This document shows, piece after piece, positions 59,064 to 64,000 of a stretch of 64,000 nucleotides of DNA. This DNA comes from Fibrobacteria bacterium. GTDB lineage: Bacteria; Fibrobacterota; Fibrobacteria; UBA11236. The DNA is taken from assembly GCA_043732185.1 (NCBI GenBank), contig JAYTHY010000050.1, positions 4,067 through 68,066 of the forward strand, in the 5' to 3' direction. The notes under the pieces were generated by a model. The model searched no databases. It saw only the letters and a list, made by a program, of their open reading frames with translations, and was not told the DNA's origin. Position numbers and translations under genes: made by a program. Positions within the stretch are counted from its first letter, which is position 1, and every line of letters starts with the position of its first letter.

Positions 59064-60527
59064 ATGCTGGTAATGGGAAAAATGCGCCAGGGGCTGACTT
59101 TCGCCGCGGTTTTAACTCTGGCTTTGCTCGCAACGGCCGCGCGAGCAGATACGCTGCGCGACCACCTCTCCGTATTTTTTGAATTCAATGCATTGGATTC
59201 GGTCATCAGCTTGGAACAAAAGTCCCCGACCACTTTGCAGGTAACCGTTGCGGATGGAGCGACGGGTGGAACGCGCAGTTTAAGTGAAGAAGTGGGGGCC
59301 AAACCCATGCAGAAGTTTCTGAATGAAGCCAATGATTTGGGTCTCAAGGTTCTGCCTTTTTTATCAGTAGCCGAGGTTAAAGCGGAAAAGTCTTCCATGC
59401 CCGCAGCACCTGCCACGTCTTCGGTATCGGAAAAAACAAAAAGTAAACGCTCGATAAGTTCCGAGCGCAAAAACCGGATGTGGTATATCGCCTACCAAAG
59501 CGCACTTTCTACCTATGTTTATGGTATTTCCATTCCCATTGCCTTGGACGCGAGTAGCGCCAAGGTTCAAATCGCCACACCCATGATCATCGCCCCCTTT
59601 GCATTTGGAACGCACTTTTGGTTCGCCAAAAACCGGCCGTTCGAGGACTCGCACCGTAAAGGAACTTTTTACCTGAGCTCGGCCGCACTGTATGCTTCCT
59701 ACGCATTGCCTTTCTCACTCATGAACCTTGATGACAATCCTTTCCGGGTCGCCAGCTTCCTTTCCCTTGCCGCTTATCCCGCTGGAATTTATGGTGGCTA
59801 TCTGCTTGGGGATAAATACGTGGACTTACCGGGCCGCATTGATACGGAGGAAAAGTTCGCCATCGGATTTGGCACTATGGGTTTTTTCTCACCCTTTCTT
59901 TACTTCGAAAAACTTGCGGGCCATGAAAAACCAATTCTTCGTCTGGCTCTAGGACAATCCGTAGTCATGGCCACACTTGGGCATTTTCTTGCCGACCACT
60001 ATCGCACCGGTCAGAATATTCCGGACGGTGTCAATACTGGCATAATGGATCACACCTTCCTCGGCGCTGGACTCGGATTGGAAGTGGCTGCACTGGCGGA
60101 TGCCGACATCGGTGCCGTGAGGCCCTGGATTGGCGCGGCTTTGCTGGGGGGCACATTTGGCTTTATGGAAGGATTGTTCTATTACCGGAACAGCTACGAC
60201 AGCCAAGAACGTGGACTGTACAATACCTTGGGTGGTATGGGGGGGACTTTGCTTGGAGGCGGTCTCGCTTTCTTATTTTATGATGACCATGCCTCTGCCT
60301 ACGCGCACAAAACCACTATAACCAGCCTGCTGGTGGCCGGTACGCTTGTGGGCTATATAGGCACTAACTTTTTGACAATGGGAATGGAAGACCGCGGTGC
60401 ATCCAATGGGCCGCCGTCCTGGACCGATCACTTAGCATTCAATCCAATTCCAGTGCCTGAAGCCCAATTTCGAGATCGCGAACTGTACCTTCGCTATCAT
60501 ATTCCCGGTTTTAGCTACCGATTCTGA
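59064..60527 (+). CDS. Gly-rich multi-helix membrane hypothetical protein
   Basis: AAGGAG RBS; signal peptide; many Gly-rich hydrophobic helices; C-terminal FSYRF. Confidence 0.7.
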   Translation: MLVMGKMRQGLTFAAVLTLALLATAARADTLRDHLSVFFEFNALDSVISLEQKSPTTLQVTVADGATGGTRSLSEEVGAKPMQKFLNEANDLGLKVLPFLSVAEVKAEKSSMPAAPATSSVSEKTKSKRSISSERKNRMWYIAYQSALSTYVYGISIPIALDASSAKVQIATPMIIAPFAFGTHFWFAKNRPFEDSHRKGTFYLSSAALYASYALPFSLMNLDDNPFRVASFLSLAAYPAGIYGGYLLGDKYVDLPGRIDTEEKFAIGFGTMGFFSPFLYFEKLAGHEKPILRLALGQSVVMATLGHFLADHYRTGQNIPDGVNTGIMDHTFLGAGLGLEVAALADADIGAVRPWIGAALLGGTFGFMEGLFYYRNSYDSQERGLYNTLGGMGGTLLGGGLAFLFYDDHASAYAHKTTITSLLVAGTLVGYIGTNFLTMGMEDRGASNGPPSWTDHLAFNPIPVPEAQFRDRELYLRYHIPGFSYRF

Positions 60528-60616
60528 TCGGAAATCCTCCGTATCCCCCTGCCTGGTTGCGAAATCGATCCTATTATAAGGATGTGGAACTGTAACTTTT
60601 CCAAAGGTCTTGCAGC

Positions 60617-61930
60617 ATGAATCTGGTCGAGGTCATTAAGCCGACTCCGGAGGTGATTCGCCTCTTTCAGGACCCCCATGTGCGGCCGGGAAATTTTGTA
60701 CAAAGCCTGCTCAACTCACTAGGCCAGGAAAAGGCCAGCAACTTTACCAATGTAAATGCCTACCTGGAATCCTCTCTGGGAGACGCCTTTCAAACCTTGG
60801 AGGATTTGAACACTTTTCAGTTCGGATTAGAGGAGACAAAAAGTCGATTCATCAATCAGGAAATGCAAGAGGGGTACGATTACCTCAAATCTAAAGCACA
60901 GTTCTGCCAGATTGAACTCCATCGCGCCAAAATCAAACTGAACGACCTAAAAATTGCCCTGTGTCGATTTATCATTCTATACGAATCCCCGAATAAAACT
61001 GCGGTTCGTCCATACCATTCCGTAGAGGAATGGATGGATGCCGCCGCGCTGGCGGAAATGCGTTTGACCCGATCGCTATCCGATGGAGTCGATCGCAACC
61101 TCCAAAAACTCCTGGCACTTTTCATGACCTTCCGTTCCATAGTTTGTTCGTATGACGGGCCTTCCATGTATATCCGTCAAATCGAAAATTCTTTCGCCTC
61201 CCTGGACGCGCTCTACGAAAAAGTCCAATTGGAAATAGAAGTTCTTAATGCCAAACGAACGCTGGTAGAAACCCGGCAGGAATTGTCCACGGCCAAAATA
61301 AACCTGTCCAGCCTGCAAGAAGAGTTCAAAGAAAAATGGGCTAAGGATCAAAAACTGGCCAAGTTGATGTCCCTCCAAGAAAAATCTTCCTTTACTCAAG
61401 TGCTGACGCTCATCTCTGCCCTCCTAATGCTTATGGGTGGGCTGGGGTATTTCTTCATGTACCATCTTCAGCCTGGAGCAGCCAAGTCCGTCGATGCCTT
61501 ATCCCAGCGCGCCTGCTTGGAAATAGCCAGAAAATTGGAGAAGTCGCCACGCTATCAAAGCCAAGTTTTAATCTTCAAGAAGTATGCGCAAAATATTTAT
61601 TTCCGTGCCAATAGCCAGACTTGCGAAAAGCTACACCGATTGGACTCTGCACAAATTTTTTCTTTAGGAGAGTTGCTCAAGGCAGATTATTCGGCAGGCA
61701 ATCAAACGGTTGCATCCTATAACGGCAATCGTGTGCTTCAAGTCAAAGGCGTCGGCCAAAACAAGTTGGTGGTTAAATTGGTAAATAGAACCACCGGGAA
61801 TATCCCTTATAAAATGAAAGTTTTGGAAGAAGCCAATGCACTGCGCGCGACACTGGAATCGGACAAGCAGGGTTTGACGGATGACCTGCTTATTGTGGAT
61901 TTGAATTCAAGACGGGCTTCAGCCGAGTAA
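60617..61930 (+). CDS. Bitopic coiled-coil hypothetical protein
   Basis: Helical/coiled-coil N-terminal domain of about 255 aa, one TM (VLTLISALLMLMGGLGYFFMY), C-terminal domain. Confidence 0.75.
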   Translation: MNLVEVIKPTPEVIRLFQDPHVRPGNFVQSLLNSLGQEKASNFTNVNAYLESSLGDAFQTLEDLNTFQFGLEETKSRFINQEMQEGYDYLKSKAQFCQIELHRAKIKLNDLKIALCRFIILYESPNKTAVRPYHSVEEWMDAAALAEMRLTRSLSDGVDRNLQKLLALFMTFRSIVCSYDGPSMYIRQIENSFASLDALYEKVQLEIEVLNAKRTLVETRQELSTAKINLSSLQEEFKEKWAKDQKLAKLMSLQEKSSFTQVLTLISALLMLMGGLGYFFMYHLQPGAAKSVDALSQRACLEIARKLEKSPRYQSQVLIFKKYAQNIYFRANSQTCEKLHRLDSAQIFSLGELLKADYSAGNQTVASYNGNRVLQVKGVGQNKLVVKLVNRTTGNIPYKMKVLEEANALRATLESDKQGLTDDLLIVDLNSRRASAE

Positions 61931-62353
61931 AGGCTCCGGACCGAATACACTTTCCAAGGTGGCTGCCACGGTTTTCAAGCTATAGGGTTTGGCGAGCAGT
62001 TTGGAAAATATCGACACGTCTCCGATATTAGAATCGGTTTCATTTTCATTTTTTTCTTGCGCCATCATCCCACTGGATAAAATCCCTTTGATGGTAGGAT
62101 CCAGGCGCTTTAAGGTCTCAAAAGTTTCCTTACCATTCATTCCATTCGGAACAATCCAATCGACAATGACAGCATTAAAAGGGTTGCCTTGGTCCAAATG
62201 GGATTTAAACACCTTTACTGCTTCTTCACCGCTTTTAACTCCAACGCCTCGGTATCCCAAGAATTCCAGCATTTTCAGCAACATACTGAGTATCAGCTCT
62301 TGATCGTCCACCACCAAGATCCACTGCTTTGGGGCGCTCGCATGTTGATTCAT
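61919..62353 (-). CDS. Single-domain response regulator
   Basis: ILVVDD, phospho-acceptor in VIVDW, GMNG, LSSG, KPY. Confidence 0.93.
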   Translation of the reverse strand: MNQHASAPKQWILVVDDQELILSMLLKMLEFLGYRGVGVKSGEEAVKVFKSHLDQGNPFNAVIVDWIVPNGMNGKETFETLKRLDPTIKGILSSGMMAQEKNENETDSNIGDVSIFSKLLAKPYSLKTVAATLESVFGPEPLLG

Positions 62354-62925
62354 TTTACCGCCTGAAAAACAGCCGTTTGCGCAAATGCGGAGGCCAAAAA
62401 CAGCGTAAAAATGAATCCCGGCACCCGTATGCTAGCCCAAGCCCACTTGCCCCAATTTGCCGCTGCATAGATAGTGATTAAGGAGTGCAGGATGAGCCAG
62501 GCGGGCAACTGATAGCTCAAAACTCTAAAGGTTTCCGACACCGTTTCCTTATCGAGGGCGGGATTGATGGCAATTAGTTTATCGAGTCCTATGTATTTAT
62601 TAGCCATATCCAAAAGCAAGGCTTTATGAAAGATATACCACGCTCCAAGCATGATAACCGCAATGAGAATATTGATCAGCGCCCCATGAATTTTGAAATA
62701 GAAATCGTCCTGCGTGCGCAAAGAAGCCGCTATAAAACCCACCATGATGAAAAAAGCCACCAAGCTCAAATAGTCGAAAGCGCCAAACTGAACCACACTA
62801 TAAATCGCCTCACCGGCACCCAGGCTCAAAGCTCCCCAAAGGGCTTTTCGCTTGCTGGCATAGGTATCCAGGACCAAAAAAGCGATTACAGGAAGGAAAC
62901 CGAACCAGACGAGATTTGAATTCAT
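62350..62925 (-). CDS. YciB/IspZ-like inner membrane protein
   Basis: FLPVIAF..., QDDFYFKI, five TM helices, W.KWAW; start ATG 62925. Confidence 0.7.
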   Translation of the reverse strand: MNSNLVWFGFLPVIAFLVLDTYASKRKALWGALSLGAGEAIYSVVQFGAFDYLSLVAFFIMVGFIAASLRTQDDFYFKIHGALINILIAVIMLGAWYIFHKALLLDMANKYIGLDKLIAINPALDKETVSETFRVLSYQLPAWLILHSLITIYAAANWGKWAWASIRVPGFIFTLFLASAFAQTAVFQAVK

Positions 62926-63031
62926 GCTATGACTTTTTCCATTGCGACTGTTTCCGTTCTGACTATTTCCATAAAAACCTAAATATAGCAATCGCTGAAA
63001 GCGGGCCTATATTGTTACTTTCTCTTATAGT

Positions 63032-63886
63032 ATGAAAACCAAAAAAACCCCTTTAGTCTCCATTGCCGATGTCCAAAATTTTGCGGACACTAGGCGCATT
63101 GATATCAACAAAGTAGGTATAAAAGGTATCCGTCACCCGGTTCGCGTCAAGGACCGCTCAGGAGGCGAGCAACACACCATTGCCACCTTCAACATGTACG
63201 TGTATTTGCCTCACAATTTTAAAGGCACGCATATGTCCCGCTTTGTGGAAATCCTGAACAACCACAATGGGGAAATCACAGTAGAATCCTTCCAAAAAAT
63301 GCTGCCGGAAATGACCGAGAAATTGACTGCGGAATATGGCGATATTCAAATGAGCTTCCCTTACTTCGTCAATAAAGCAGCACCCATATCCGGCGTCAAA
63401 AGTCTGATGGATTATGATGTCACCTTTATTGGTGGGGTCTCCAAAAACAAAACCACCACCACTCTTAAAGTGGTTGTACCCGTAACCAGTTTGTGCCCTT
63501 GTTCCAAAAAGATTTCCGATTATGGCGCCCACAATCAGCGCTCGCATGTCACTGTACAAGTCAGTATTGCTCCAGGGGCCCATTTTGTGTGGATCGAGGA
63601 TATCATCGACTTGGTCGAATCGGTCGCATCTTGCGAGCTCTACGGTTTATTAAAACGTCCGGATGAAAAATACGTGACCGAGAGGGCGTACGACAACCCC
63701 AAATTCGTAGAAGATATGGTGCGAGACACGGCCCATTTGCTGAATATCGACAAACGCATTTCCCATTACATTGTGGAATCGGAGAATTTCGAATCCATCC
63801 ACAACCATTCGGCATACGCTATGATCGAAAAGGATAAAACCAAGAATCGAGCTAAGGTTAAGGAAAAACCCCGATCGCGCAAATAG
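63032..63886 (+). CDS. folE2: GTP cyclohydrolase IB
   Basis: [51 protein letters not shown]. Confidence 0.97.
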   Translation: MKTKKTPLVSIADVQNFADTRRIDINKVGIKGIRHPVRVKDRSGGEQHTIATFNMYVYLPHNFKGTHMSRFVEILNNHNGEITVESFQKMLPEMTEKLTAEYGDIQMSFPYFVNKAAPISGVKSLMDYDVTFIGGVSKNKTTTTLKVVVPVTSLCPCSKKISDYGAHNQRSHVTVQVSIAPGAHFVWIEDIIDLVESVASCELYGLLKRPDEKYVTERAYDNPKFVEDMVRDTAHLLNIDKRISHYIVESENFESIHNHSAYAMIEKDKTKNRAKVKEKPRSRK

Positions 63887-64000
63887 TCGGTTTTGTGCCT
63901 TGCCGACGTAGGATCGTGCATTTTCTAAAAATTCCCTCGTTATAAATGTGATTTTTTGCATATCATATGGATAGTGTAAAGGGGGGAAGTCTGGGTGGAC

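Noticed and set aside
60586-60611. GGAACT-N15-GTCTT ECF-promoter-like motif
   Set aside because: Short motifs with marginal spacing; cannot be supported without TSS data.
63991-64000. CTGGGTGGAC resembles the reverse complement of the tRNA-His 3' end
   Set aside because: Only an 8-bp match at the window edge; more likely a GTG start after a G-rich RBS.
1-64000. CRISPR arrays, riboswitches, rRNA, IS elements, reverse transcriptases
   Set aside because: No regularly spaced repeats, recognisable aptamer cores, transposase motifs or RT motifs were seen by eye. An Rfam/Infernal scan would be needed to exclude small RNAs.

Overview
A gene-dense bacterial chromosomal segment of roughly 50% GC (estimated by eye). 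It is probably from the FCB group, most likely Fibrobacterota; this is inferred from the many exported proteins with T9SS-like C-terminal domains. The left part (1-16.3 kb) is housekeeping: partial metH behind a SahR-type ArsR-methyltransferase regulator with a candidate operator, dihydroorotase, tsaD, ftsX-envC-holB-recJ, an HxlR regulator and a DUF92 protein. The middle (16.4-51.5 kb) is accessory-like. It holds an AbiE-type type IV TA pair with a perfect palindromic operator, a sigma54-driven four-gene outer-membrane operon (barrel, CsgG-like, two LPP20-like), stress genes and a DEAD-box helicase. It also holds an orphan ThsB-like TIR gene beside three methyltransferases, an internally deleted pseudogene, CTD-bearing secreted hydrolases around a sugar ABC transporter, and a SLATT-like gene beside tRNA-His. 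The right part has an acidic-repeat lipoprotein plus FadL/PorV-like barrel pair, a CysQ-like phosphatase, an esterase, a dual PPIase, a response regulator, a YciB-like gene and folE2. The most unusual item is a 635-aa intact ORF (7476-9383). It looks like an AEP-primase/DnaB-helicase fusion with all catalytic motifs eroded, and it sits where ftsE normally precedes ftsX-envC. No CRISPR array, integrase, transposase or rRNA was seen. All family assignments come from motif recognition by eye, not database searches.
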